Part shown: one piece after another, positions 51,851 to 61,642 of the stretch
Layout of the letters: every line of letters starts with the position of its first letter
How positions within the stretch are numbered: the stretch's first letter is position 1
From: an uncultured cyanobacterium
GTDB taxonomy: Bacteria > Cyanobacteriota > Cyanobacteriia > CAKZMO01
Direction: 5' to 3'
Assembly: GCA_963719515.1 (NCBI GenBank)
Contig: CAVRCJ010000008.1
Location: forward strand, 32,001-96,000
DNA: 64,000 nt
Made by a program: the position numbers and the translations under genes
Notes under the pieces: model-generated
The model's database searches: none
Seen by the model: only the letters and a program-made list of their open reading frames with translations
What the model was told of the DNA's origin: nothing

Positions 51851-53260
51851 ATGGCCGTTGACTATAACCTTGTCATTTTGGGGGGCAGCTTAGTAGCCCG
51901 TCACGCCGCCATTCGTGCTGCAGGGTGGAGCGCTAGGGTTGCCCTGGTGGAGCCGCCCCACGGCGATACAGACTGGGAGAGAGAGCAGCTCCAGCTGGAG
52001 TATCTGCAGGCGAGCTACAAAAAAGCTAGTGACGACGTGTCTCAGAGAGAGCTCACAGACCGGGCCGCGCGGCTGGCCCAAGCCCGTGACTTTGCCGCTT
52101 GGCAGTTTGAGCAGTCCTCTCCGGCCGTGCTGGCAGCTCAGGGCATTGATGTCGTTGCAGAAGCAGGGCGATTCGTTCATCAGCCCACTCTGGGGGTGCA
52201 GGTCGGCACTCGAGTGCTGCGCGGACACCACTATCTCGTCGCCGTGGCGGCTGTGCCCCAGCCTCCTCCCAACACATACACCAGGGTTGCTGCTCTACAG
52301 CAGTGCCTACAGCCTCAGCTGCAATCTGTTGCCGTGTGGGGAGCAGAACCGCAGGGCCTTGTCTTAGCCCAGGTGCTGCAGCGGCTGGGGCTGTCGGTGA
52401 TCTTGGCTACCCCTGCAGCCCGACTGCTTCCCCAAGAAGATCAGGCTATTGCCGACCTGGTTCAGGCGCAGCTCGAAGCTGAAGGAGTCCGTGTGATGAC
52501 GACAGCAGCAATTAGGCCTCGGTCTCAGTATCGTTTACCGCAGACCAGCGCCCCAGAACCCATTCCTATCCCCCCAGGCGTAGATGTCCAGTCTGGGCCG
52601 CTGACTCTCAAGGCCGATGCTGCCATAGCCTGCGGAGGCTACCGGCCCAGCCTCTCTACCCTCAATCTTCCCGCCGCCGTTGGCTTAACGCCTGAGGGCA
52701 TTCGAGTAAACTCCCGTTTGCAAACCAAGCACCCCCGCATCTACGCCTGCGCCCTCAGCGCCGGCTGCTCTAGCGATGTTGCGATCGCCGAGGCTCAGGT
52801 GGCCGTTGATAACGCGCTGTCCTGGCCCTACCGCCGTGTTTCCTACGATAGGATTCCACAGACCATTCAAACCGACCCGCTGGTGGTGCGGGTCGGACTG
52901 ACAGCGGCGCAAGCGCGAAAAGTGAACCGAAATGCCGCGGTGCTGCAGCAGTCCCTCGCGCCCATGAGGCGATCGCAGCTGGGCGGGGCAACCGGAGGAC
53001 AATGCCAGGTGGTGGTCTCGGCGGGCGGCACAATTTTGGGAGCCTACGCCGTTGGTCCCGCCGCTCAAGAGTGGATAGGACTGCTGAGCTGGGCGATCGC
53101 ACGCCGCTTGCCGCTCCAGGCTTTAGAGGTCGTTTGGCCCAGCCCAGCCTATGGCGAAGCGATATCAAACCTGGTAGGCCAGTGGCGACGGCAGCGACGG
53201 CTATGGCGCGCGGATGGCGCTGAGCTGTTGCTCAACTGGCGGCGCGACTGGACGCGATAG
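51851..53260 (+). CDS. Pyridine nucleotide-disulfide oxidoreductase-like protein (degenerate)
   Basis: DYNLVILGG, GIRVNSRLQTKHPRIYA, TDP...VGLT, dimerisation domain; lacks CxxxxC. Confidence 0.8.
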   Translation: MAVDYNLVILGGSLVARHAAIRAAGWSARVALVEPPHGDTDWEREQLQLEYLQASYKKASDDVSQRELTDRAARLAQARDFAAWQFEQSSPAVLAAQGIDVVAEAGRFVHQPTLGVQVGTRVLRGHHYLVAVAAVPQPPPNTYTRVAALQQCLQPQLQSVAVWGAEPQGLVLAQVLQRLGLSVILATPAARLLPQEDQAIADLVQAQLEAEGVRVMTTAAIRPRSQYRLPQTSAPEPIPIPPGVDVQSGPLTLKADAAIACGGYRPSLSTLNLPAAVGLTPEGIRVNSRLQTKHPRIYACALSAGCSSDVAIAEAQVAVDNALSWPYRRVSYDRIPQTIQTDPLVVRVGLTAAQARKVNRNAAVLQQSLAPMRRSQLGGATGGQCQVVVSAGGTILGAYAVGPAAQEWIGLLSWAIARRLPLQALEVVWPSPAYGEAISNLVGQWRRQRRLWRADGAELLLNWRRDWTR

Positions 53261-53335
53261 GACGGACGCGATAGGGCGGGCGCGATAGATTGGGCGCACC
53301 AAAGTCACGGGGGAGCCGTGCGGGAGCATAGCCTT

Positions 53336-53415
53336 ACTGTATGCCTTCAAGACTGTATGCCCCCGAGACTGTATGCCCCCAAGACTGTATGCCCCCGAGA
53401 CTATACGTCCCTAAG
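53336..53415 (+). repeat. Five 16-bp tandem repeats (actgtatgcccc.ag)
   Basis: Units at 53336, 53352, 53368, 53384, 53400; also 14-bp ggacgcgata-type repeats at ~53250-53298. Confidence 0.85.
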
Positions 53416-53623
53416 ACTCGTCGTAGGCTTCCATATCCAGCAGGTGTAGATAGGTTTCTACCATGTCAGGGCGCTGAAAGGCGATCGCCCGCAGCAGGTG
53501 CCAGTCCTGGAGGCCATCAAAGGGGCTGCTGTATTCGTCTTGCTCTAGTCGCGCGGCGAGCTGTGCAATATCAAGTTCAGTAATGTTGTCTATGTCGTGC
53601 TGCGAAATCGTTAACGTCGTCAT
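53411..53623 (-). CDS. DUF2555 family protein
   Basis: LAARLEQDEYSSPFDGLQDWHLLRAIAFQRP...YLHLLD.E.YDE. Confidence 0.85.
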   Translation of the reverse strand: MTTLTISQHDIDNITELDIAQLAARLEQDEYSSPFDGLQDWHLLRAIAFQRPDMVETYLHLLDMEAYDES

Positions 53624-53725
53624 AGTGAGGATCTCCAGAGCGAATACAGCAGTTGCGAGCTGAGCGAACTCAGGTCTAGCGAGAGGGCACGGCAGTAGGG
53701 CCCCTGCTTTCTTATCCTATTCGGT

Positions 53726-54373
53726 CTAATCTACCATTGGCCTATTACGTTCGATAAAACTTTGCATAAGATTGAGAACTTTAAGGGAAATTTCGTGGCC
53801 CATGGGCAGCTCGTGGTAGTCCACCGGGGTGGAGAGGGCCGTGAGCTGCTCGTGGGCTTGGTGGGCCGCCTGCAGCGGAACGACCGCATCTTGAGCGCCA
53901 TGCACCAGCAGCGTTGGGGCCGGGCGCTCTTCCATCAGCGCTCGGTGAAGGTAGCCGCTCAGCACCATCAGCTGCGCTAGCGGCAGCTGCGTCCCCACGT
54001 CTAGGGTCATAGCGCCCCCCTGAGAAAATCCTCCCAAAACCGTACGCGATAGGGGCACATTGAGTTGCTCACAGAGCGCCAGAATCCAGGTCCGCAGCCG
54101 CTGACGGCTTTCCTGAAGGTCGGCCTGATCTAGGCCCAAAAGCTGGTTAAGGCCGGTATTGGGGAAGTCATACCACATGAACCCCCCCGGTGACTCATGG
54201 CGAAACGGCGCGTTGGGAAACGCCATTGCGTATCCGGGCAACCGCAGCTCGTCTGCCAGCGCCGCAACGTCCTGGGCATTCGCGCCCCAGCCATGGAGGA
54301 TTATGAGCAGATTTTCGGGCTGGGACTGGGCGTTGCGGACGATGCCGGTGAGGGCGTCAGTGCTGTTGACCAT
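53726..54373 (-). CDS. Phospholipase/carboxylesterase alpha/beta hydrolase
   Basis: LHGWGAN, GGFSQGG, HGAQDAVVP, MGHEI. Confidence 0.92.
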   Translation of the reverse strand: MVNSTDALTGIVRNAQSQPENLLIILHGWGANAQDVAALADELRLPGYAMAFPNAPFRHESPGGFMWYDFPNTGLNQLLGLDQADLQESRQRLRTWILALCEQLNVPLSRTVLGGFSQGGAMTLDVGTQLPLAQLMVLSGYLHRALMEERPAPTLLVHGAQDAVVPLQAAHQAHEQLTALSTPVDYHELPMGHEISLKVLNLMQSFIERNRPMVD

Positions 54374-54479
54374 AGCCAATAATGAGGGGCAAATAACTAA
54401 GACGAACAGGTATAACGCCGTTCTCGTTGATAATAGGGTGCAGGTAAGGGCAAAGTCCATCAAATTTCAGGGAGAAGAC

Positions 54480-56030
54480 ATGGCACCATTGGCACTGCTG
54501 AGCGTATCGGACAAGACAGGGCTAGTGGAGCTGGCCCGCGCTCTAGTAGATGAGTTTGGCTTTGGGCTGGTGAGCAGCGGCGGCACGGCTAAAGCGCTGC
54601 AGCAGGCCAACATCGCGGTGACGAAGGTCTCTGACTACACGGGATCCCCGGAAATTTTGGGGGGCCGGGTCAAAACGCTGCACCCTCGAATTCACGGCGG
54701 CATCTTAGCTCGTCAGGACAATGACCAAGACCTAGCTGAGCTAGAGGCCAACCAGATTCGCCCGTTTGAGCTAGTGGTGGTCAACCTCTACCCCTTCGAG
54801 CAGACGATCGCCACCGCCGACGTTACCCTGCCTGAAGCCATCGAGCAAATCGACATCGGGGGCCCCACCCTCATTCGCGCCGCCGCCAAGAACTTTGCCC
54901 ATGTGACGGTGCTCTGTCAGCCGGAGCAGTACAGGACCTACCTAGACGAGCGCCGCAGTCACGGTACCCTGTCACCAGAGTTTCGCCGTCGCTGCGCCCA
55001 GCAGGCGTTTTGGCAAACGGCCTGCTACGACCAGGCGATCGCCACCTATCTCACCCAGGCTGATGCGCAGACAGCCGATCAGGCTACCCTGCCCCAGCGC
55101 TTCGCCCTCACTGGCCAGCAGCGCCAGAGCCTGCGATACGGCGAAAACCCCCACCAATCTGCCGCCTGGTACCAGACCGGAACGGTGGCCTCGGGCTGGG
55201 CCGCCGCCGATAAGCTCCAGGGCAAAGACCTGAGCTACAACAACCTAGTGGATTTGGAAGCAGCCCGGCGGATTATTGCCGAGTTTTCTGCCGAGCAGCC
55301 CGCCGCCGCCGTACTCAAACACACTAATCCCTGCGGCGTAGCCGTTGCGGACACCCTTGTAGAGGCCTACAGGCGGGCCTTTGACGCCGACAGCACCTCC
55401 GCCTTCGGCGGCATCGTCGCCCTTAACCAGCCCATCGATGCGGAGACGGCCAAGGCGCTCACCCAGACCTTTCTAGAGTGTGTCGTGGCTCCGAGCTGCG
55501 ACCCTGAGGCGGAAGCTATTCTTGCAAAGAAATCGAAGCTCAGGGTGCTGACCCTGAGCGATATCGCCGGGCCAAGCCAGCTGGTGCGGCCCATCGCCGG
55601 GGGCTTTTTGATGCAGCAAAGTGACGACCGGCCCATCGTTCCCAGCGACTGGACGGTGGCCACCGACGCTCAGCCTACCGACGCCCAGCTGGCCGAGCTG
55701 GCCTTCGCCTGGCGGGTGGTCAAGCATGTGAAATCGAACGCCATCGTCGTCAGCCGCGATCGCGTCACGCGCGGCATCGGAGCAGGGCAGATGAACCGAG
55801 TGGGGGCGGTGGCGATCGCTCTGGCGCAGGCTGAAGAATCTGTGTCGGGGGCGGTGTTGGCCAGCGACGGTTTTTTCCCCTTCGACGATTCGGTGCGCAG
55901 CGCGGCAGCCGCTGGCGTGGGCGCTATCATTCAGCCGGGGGGAAGTATACGAGATCAAGACTCTATTGATGCGGCCAATGAGCTAGGCATCATTATGGTG
56001 CTCACGGGAATGCGTCACTTTCTCCACTAG
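54480..56030 (+). CDS. purH: Bifunctional AICAR transformylase/IMP cyclohydrolase
   Basis: ALLSVSDKTG, GRVKTLHP, LRYGENPHQ, KHVKSNA, SDGFFPF, RHFLH; GGAG RBS before ATG 54480. Confidence 0.98.
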   Translation: MAPLALLSVSDKTGLVELARALVDEFGFGLVSSGGTAKALQQANIAVTKVSDYTGSPEILGGRVKTLHPRIHGGILARQDNDQDLAELEANQIRPFELVVVNLYPFEQTIATADVTLPEAIEQIDIGGPTLIRAAAKNFAHVTVLCQPEQYRTYLDERRSHGTLSPEFRRRCAQQAFWQTACYDQAIATYLTQADAQTADQATLPQRFALTGQQRQSLRYGENPHQSAAWYQTGTVASGWAAADKLQGKDLSYNNLVDLEAARRIIAEFSAEQPAAAVLKHTNPCGVAVADTLVEAYRRAFDADSTSAFGGIVALNQPIDAETAKALTQTFLECVVAPSCDPEAEAILAKKSKLRVLTLSDIAGPSQLVRPIAGGFLMQQSDDRPIVPSDWTVATDAQPTDAQLAELAFAWRVVKHVKSNAIVVSRDRVTRGIGAGQMNRVGAVAIALAQAEESVSGAVLASDGFFPFDDSVRSAAAAGVGAIIQPGGSIRDQDSIDAANELGIIMVLTGMRHFLH

Positions 56031-56082
56031 AAAATGTAAAGAAGATTAAAATCGATAGCAGTGCTGCTTTTCTACAAACTTT

Positions 56083-56559
56083 ATGGACTTCATTCCCGAC
56101 GCGATTAAACCTTGGCTGAACTTCATCCACCCTGTTTTGATGTGGGTGCTGCTCATTGTGTCACTTTATGCCCTCTACCTGGGTTGGCAGGTCCGTCAAA
56201 TTCGTTCGGCCGACCCCGAAACCCGCAAAGAGCTTGTCAAGAAAAAGGTCAACGTCAAGCATTTTCAGATTGGCTCTGCCCTGCTGGCGCTCATGGTGAT
56301 TGGCTCCATCAGCGCGATGGCGGTCACCTATATCAACAACGGCAAGCTGTTTTTTGGGCCTCATCTGCTGGTCGGTTTGGGGATGACGGGCCTAATCGCC
56401 ACCTCGGCTTCCCTCTCCCCCTTTATGCAAAGGGGTCAAGACTGGGCTCGCTATACCCACATTGCGCTCAACGTCACCCTGGTGGCCCTATTCGGCTGGC
56501 AGGCGGTGACTGGAATGCAGATTGTGCAGAAAATTCTAGAGCAAATGCTGAACGCTTGA
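56083..56559 (+). CDS. DUF4079 family membrane protein
   Basis: FIHPVLMW, NNGKLFFGPHLLVG, HIALN, WQAVTG. Confidence 0.85.
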   Translation: MDFIPDAIKPWLNFIHPVLMWVLLIVSLYALYLGWQVRQIRSADPETRKELVKKKVNVKHFQIGSALLALMVIGSISAMAVTYINNGKLFFGPHLLVGLGMTGLIATSASLSPFMQRGQDWARYTHIALNVTLVALFGWQAVTGMQIVQKILEQMLNA

Positions 56560-56629
56560 GGGCAATAGTTGACCCATGGCCTGGCGGCCCGAAGAGGGGC
56601 TACTGCCCTTCGACGACCGCCAAGCTCCC

Positions 56630-56875
56630 CTAGACATTGACGATCGGTTGACTAGCGCCGGTCACAAGTAAGGTTGTTGCATTGAGGCGACCCGTAATTT
56701 GGACTAGGTCTCCAGGCTTAACCCTCAGCGGCTGCTCAGAAAAAGCAAACCATTCGGTGGCCTGAAAGCGGACCCGCATGCGTCTGTCGGCAGCGGATAC
56801 GCTGGTCACCGTGCCAGACTGCGGCGGTTTGGCTTTTGCTGCGGGTGTCACGGTCTGTCTGAAGAATCTCAGCAT
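56630..56875 (-). CDS. NfeD-like C-terminal OB-fold small protein
   Basis: RVRFQATEWFA...PGDLVQITGR..TTLLV. Confidence 0.7.
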   Translation of the reverse strand: MLRFFRQTVTPAAKAKPPQSGTVTSVSAADRRMRVRFQATEWFAFSEQPLRVKPGDLVQITGRLNATTLLVTGASQPIVNV

Positions 56876-57033
56876 AGATGCCTCCTTTGCTTGCGCTCGG
56901 CGGTTTCGTTATGTGAGTATTCTTCACAGTAGGCCGTGAAAGTACGGACAAGTTTTTTAACTCTACAGAAAAATGTAGCTGGCTTGCCCTAGTCTGGCTT
57001 GATTTAATCTAGTTTGATCTAATTTGGTTTGAT

Positions 57034-60000
57034 CTAATTTGGCGGAGCCGACGCCGATACGGCAGTCTCTGCGTCAGACTCATCGTCAGGCGCGCTGAGA
57101 TCGAGCAAGAACTGCAGCGCCTTGGCGATATATTCAGCGCAAACTTTGGGAGACGACTCGTAAAACTGCTGCCACGCTTGGTCAACGTAGTGGTCATAAT
57201 GGGCTTCGCTCAAATCGTGGTCGACGATATGGTCTATCCACGACAGACGAACCGCATGGCCAATAAGCACGTCTAGAACGATATTGCTTTCGATTTCAAG
57301 GTCTGCGTTGCGCTGAGCGATCGCCGCCAGCTCTACTAACGCTTCCACCACAAGCTGTCGGTACTCAGGGGCCTGCAGCTTGTTGAGCAGGTGCTCCACC
57401 CGCAGGGCAAAGTTCTGCTCCTCGGGGGTCATCTCTGAGAGCACCAGCTCGCTGTCCAAGCGATTGCGGCGCTCTAGCTTGTCGCCGATGACGAGCCCTT
57501 TGCAGTGCTTCAACACCTCGCGCACATCGCCGTAGAAATTCTCCGGCATGCGGTTGAGTGACCCTTCCCGCTGCCGATGCCGCCACCAGCTGCCGCCAAA
57601 GGGCTCGCTGTCCCCCACCTCAAACATCATCTTCTCCGGCAGCACCCACTGAATCGCTTGCCGGCGCTTAACCTGTAGAGACTCATGGCGCGCCAGCTTT
57701 TGGCCCAGGGCGCTATAGCCTTCAAGCACGTGCTGCAGCCGCTGCTTCACCTCAAACGGACTCATCTGCGTCAGCAGCTCAAAGGCCTCATCTTGAGACA
57801 CCCCCTGCTCTTGAGCAATCTCGTCGGTGAGCAGCAGCATCAAGTAGCCCGTCCGTAGGGTTAGCAGGCCGTCAAACAGATCGGGGTTTGTTTTGATTAA
57901 GATGCTCAAGTAGATCAAAATCTCTTGGGTTAGCGGGCGCTCCCGCAGATCTTCGCCGCTGCAGGCCTCGATTTTCTCCATGATTTCGCCGTGGGACATG
58001 GGCTCTTGAATCAGACAGTCCTCGCTGTAGATCTTGCCGATGGCGATTTGCTTTTGTCTCACTAAAATGTCGGTAACGGCGTCGGATAGCCCAATGTCGA
58101 TTTTGACCAGCAGCCCAGCGGCGTGACGAATAATCGACCACAGCTCTAACTCGCTGGCCTTGGCGTAGACCTCCGTCAGCAGCTCGGTCACCGTGATGAC
58201 TTCGTCCTCTTCCCCAAATCCTGTATCAAATCCGAGCCCCTCCAGCCGCACCAGCAGGTCCAGCAGCTCGATCTGCTCGTACAGGTTCTGGGACTCTCGC
58301 AGCGCCTGCAGGAGCTTACCGCGATCGCGCTCCTCTTCAATTAAGAACTCCTGGCTGTAGCTCAGTGGAGCGCTCAGCTCAGAGGAAAACTGCAGCAGCC
58401 GAGACAAGGCAACGCTGTCCTGCACCGATGCCCGAGACAATACAAAGTCGGGCAGGTGGTCGATGCGCTCGACGTTGGCGGTCAGGCTGAACTGATTGAG
58501 ATGCCCTAGCGTCACAGGCGTGCCGTCACAGTCTCCGTCCCTGAGCTGCTTGATAAGCGCCAGCAGAGGCGATCGCTCAATGCTGTCAAACCGATTGAGC
58601 TCAAACATCGAGTTGGTGAGCAGCAGCGTCACTGTGGGTCGCCCCAGCTCGTGCCAATGGCAGTGAATGTAGGCCAGCTCGCCGCGAATCTGAGCCACCA
58701 AAAAGTGGTAATCCCGCGTCAGATAGAACTCCCGCTGGTCGAGAAACGCCGGCAAAAAGACTACGGTATCCCCCTGAATGCGAAACAGATGGGCCGTCGT
58801 TAAGCTCCGCAGCCGCCGAATAGGTCTCCCAGAGAGGCCAAGCTTTTCGTTGCGCCCAATTTGAGAATAGATGGCCGACAGTTCGCTCACTTGCCGCACC
58901 TGAATCGGGTCTAGCTCGGCGAGGGTTTGGGTGTCGATGCCGTTAGCGGCCAGCTCGCTCTGCAGGGCCTTATCTTCTGCTAGTAGAGCCACCTGAACTA
59001 GCGGCTGCCGGTTTTGCCCCCGCCGCCGATAGCGCCCCAGCGGGTCGATATCTCCCATGGAGATCAGGCCGTCCTGCAGCATCCGGCCCAGCAGATAAAG
59101 GCTCTGTGCCCACACCAGGGGCAGATTTTCGTTGGGCAGACGCTTTTGGCTGCTGGGCTGCTCGCGCTCCGCCTCGATGGCCTCTTCGGGCACGTAGTAC
59201 AGCTCTGGCAGCACCCGAAATCCATCTTGCTCGACAGTGATCTCGTCGAGCCGCTGCCGGTAGCGCTTAGCCGTAGGGCGATCGCCTCGGGCAATGGCGT
59301 CTAGCAGCAAATAGGTAAAAAACAGGGGCCACTCGCACTCGATATGCTCAAACTGCTTGAGTTCCGCCGGCTCGTAGTGCAGGCGCGTCACGTCCTCAAT
59401 CGCGGCCTGGTGGCCGTCCCGCAAAAAGCGCTTGCAGCCGTAGTAGCCCTCTAGCTTGCCCGTGATGGTATCGCGGGTCTTGTCCACTAGCTCAACGTTT
59501 TCAATAGCAAAAGCCGGATAGCCGATGATGCTCAACACCGAAGCGTCGACCTCCTTGGATCCCGATTCTCTGGGCAGCAGCGACTCTAGGGTGATGCGGG
59601 CGCGGGCAATCTCATCGGGCAGCACGTAGACCACTGAAGCCGCCCCGCCCTGGATTCCAAATAGGTTAAACCCATTTAAAGCTTCCAGCGCGGCTTTGGC
59701 CATGCCCACGGAGCTAGCGTTTAGCTCGGGTTTGCCGTGGTTGATTTTGTTGCCCCGCTCCCAAATACCGTAATCCGGCGTCCGATAGGCGCGCCCGATG
59801 TAGTACAGCAGGTTTTGGACAAAGTTAACCTCGTCTAGGGTTTGAATGATGCTCAGCCCCGAGGCAATCATTTGGGCCAGCATCAGCAGATAAATTGAGG
59901 TGGCGTCAATCTGCAGGTGGCCCCACTCATCGTCACCCACCACAGGATTAGCCGATAGGGGGTGGTATTTGGCGTGGAGCGAATCGATGGGGGCTTGGGT

Positions 60001-60348
60001 GACCTTGAACTGCTCGACCTTGTCGGCCTGCTTCATCATGGCGTACAGCAGGCCGCGCATCAGCTTGATGGTGCTGTGCTCTAGCTCGTATCTCCGCCCT
60101 TGGTCGTTGTCGAGCTTGCGGTAGGCTAGCGCCAGCCCCCACACCGCCAGAATGCTATAGACGTTATCGCGGACCCAGGCATCGGTGTAGTCACCGTGGA
60201 CCGTAACGGCGGTGCTGGCCGGAAGCAGCCCCACTAGAGGCGTCTGCTTCGCTAGTATGATCGCCTGAACCTCAGCGTAGTAGGCCTCTAGACGGTCTTG
60301 AGACGGAAATACTGTCGGCCAGAACTCAGATCGACGTGCGTCAGCCAT
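57034..60348 (-). CDS. GH15-like protein related to phosphorylase kinase alpha/beta subunits
   Basis: DAWVRDN, EWGHLQIDATS, PDYGIWERG, GCKRFLRDG, ECEWPLF, PEYRQL. Confidence 0.88.
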   Translation of the reverse strand: MADARRSEFWPTVFPSQDRLEAYYAEVQAIILAKQTPLVGLLPASTAVTVHGDYTDAWVRDNVYSILAVWGLALAYRKLDNDQGRRYELEHSTIKLMRGLLYAMMKQADKVEQFKVTQAPIDSLHAKYHPLSANPVVGDDEWGHLQIDATSIYLLMLAQMIASGLSIIQTLDEVNFVQNLLYYIGRAYRTPDYGIWERGNKINHGKPELNASSVGMAKAALEALNGFNLFGIQGGAASVVYVLPDEIARARITLESLLPRESGSKEVDASVLSIIGYPAFAIENVELVDKTRDTITGKLEGYYGCKRFLRDGHQAAIEDVTRLHYEPAELKQFEHIECEWPLFFTYLLLDAIARGDRPTAKRYRQRLDEITVEQDGFRVLPELYYVPEEAIEAEREQPSSQKRLPNENLPLVWAQSLYLLGRMLQDGLISMGDIDPLGRYRRRGQNRQPLVQVALLAEDKALQSELAANGIDTQTLAELDPIQVRQVSELSAIYSQIGRNEKLGLSGRPIRRLRSLTTAHLFRIQGDTVVFLPAFLDQREFYLTRDYHFLVAQIRGELAYIHCHWHELGRPTVTLLLTNSMFELNRFDSIERSPLLALIKQLRDGDCDGTPVTLGHLNQFSLTANVERIDHLPDFVLSRASVQDSVALSRLLQFSSELSAPLSYSQEFLIEEERDRGKLLQALRESQNLYEQIELLDLLVRLEGLGFDTGFGEEDEVITVTELLTEVYAKASELELWSIIRHAAGLLVKIDIGLSDAVTDILVRQKQIAIGKIYSEDCLIQEPMSHGEIMEKIEACSGEDLRERPLTQEILIYLSILIKTNPDLFDGLLTLRTGYLMLLLTDEIAQEQGVSQDEAFELLTQMSPFEVKQRLQHVLEGYSALGQKLARHESLQVKRRQAIQWVLPEKMMFEVGDSEPFGGSWWRHRQREGSLNRMPENFYGDVREVLKHCKGLVIGDKLERRNRLDSELVLSEMTPEEQNFALRVEHLLNKLQAPEYRQLVVEALVELAAIAQRNADLEIESNIVLDVLIGHAVRLSWIDHIVDHDLSEAHYDHYVDQAWQQFYESSPKVCAEYIAKALQFLLDLSAPDDESDAETAVSASAPPN

Positions 60349-60707
60349 AGTGGTTGCCTAATGATACTTACACCAATGCAGTGGGTCCCTGCCTCGCCAA
60401 TATGCCCAGATGGGGTCACCAAATTTTGGCCACCCTCGAACCGAACCCTCGAACCGACGGTGCAATCTAACCCGACGAAGCGCGATCGCCTCGGGGATGT
60501 ACACCGCTAGCGGACGTTTGGCAAACCAAGTGTAACCTAAAGTTATATTTGTGCAGATATTCTCTCGCAAAGAGCCGCCTGCAGAATGCTGAGGGGACGG
60601 GCACTGACGAGGTTCACGAGATTCACTGTTGCTGATGGTGTTTCGGGGGCTGAGCCCGTGTAATATGAGCGGTGAACACCGGCACCGCTGGGGCACTCTC
60701 AAATTCG

Positions 60708-61487
60708 ATGACTAAACGACTGGAGCAACCGAGATATCTGGACGCTAGGCTGGAAATGCGGGTATTAGGACTGCCGGTGCATGTGCTTGACGACTATGCT
60801 GGCTGGCTCCTGCAGCAGATTCAGCGGGACAGCTCGGTCCATGTCGTTACCCTGAACGCTGAAATGGCGATGCAGGCCGAGGGCGATCGCGACTCTCCTG
60901 CAGGTCAACGCAATCTAGCCGACATTATCTGCGGCGCTGAGCTAGTTGTTCCTGATGGCTCTGGGGTGGTGCTCTACCTCCGACTGCGCAACCAGCGCAT
61001 TCAGCGCTGCCCTGGTATCGAGCTGTCAGAGTCCCTTATCCGGCGGCTGGGGGCGTCTCCCGACCACAGCATCTTTTTCTACGGTGGCGAACCCGGCGTG
61101 GCTCAGGGGGCAGCTCAGCGCTGGCAAGCTCGCTGCCCCCAGCTCAATGTTGCTGGCGCTGAGCACGGCTACATCTCCCCCGAGGAGCAAGAGGCTCTGT
61201 GCGATCGCCTTCGCCGCGAGCAACCCGCCGTAATTTTCGTAGGCCTGGGCGTTCCTCGTCAGGAGTTTTGGATTGACCGCCACCGGCATCTATGCCCCCG
61301 CTCCATCTGGGTTGGCGTGGGGGGGAGTCTAGATATCTGGGCCGGAACTAAGGTGCGGGCACCAGCTTGGCTACGCAACAACCATTTGGAATGGAGTTAC
61401 CGACTGTATAAAGAGCCCTGGCGCTGGCGACGGATGCTGGTGCTGCCTCAGTTTGCCTGGCGGGCGCTAACTGCGCCAAGACGTTAA
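60708..61487 (+). CDS. WecB/TagA/CpsF family glycosyltransferase
   Basis: VTLNAE, PDGSG, VGLGVPRQE, GVGGSLD, RAP...LEWSYRL.KEPWRWRR. Confidence 0.93.
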   Translation: MTKRLEQPRYLDARLEMRVLGLPVHVLDDYAGWLLQQIQRDSSVHVVTLNAEMAMQAEGDRDSPAGQRNLADIICGAELVVPDGSGVVLYLRLRNQRIQRCPGIELSESLIRRLGASPDHSIFFYGGEPGVAQGAAQRWQARCPQLNVAGAEHGYISPEEQEALCDRLRREQPAVIFVGLGVPRQEFWIDRHRHLCPRSIWVGVGGSLDIWAGTKVRAPAWLRNNHLEWSYRLYKEPWRWRRMLVLPQFAWRALTAPRR

Positions 61488-61642
61488 GATTACCGGCCAA
61501 GTTTGGCGGCTGAGGCAGGTTGGGTACGCAATTTGCAATTAAATTGTGTAAGTGCTTGGTTATTTAACGTGCATAGTTTAAGATTCCAGAGTCAGTATCA
61601 CAATCCGCTGCTGCCCAAATCGATCCATAGGTTGATTCGCCC

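Noticed and set aside
53336..53415. Possible CRISPR array
   Set aside because: 16-bp units are contiguous with no unique spacers, and no cas genes are in the window
54159..54479. 107-aa N-terminal extension of PurH
   Set aside because: Overlaps the divergent esterase; homology and RBS indicate a start at 54480
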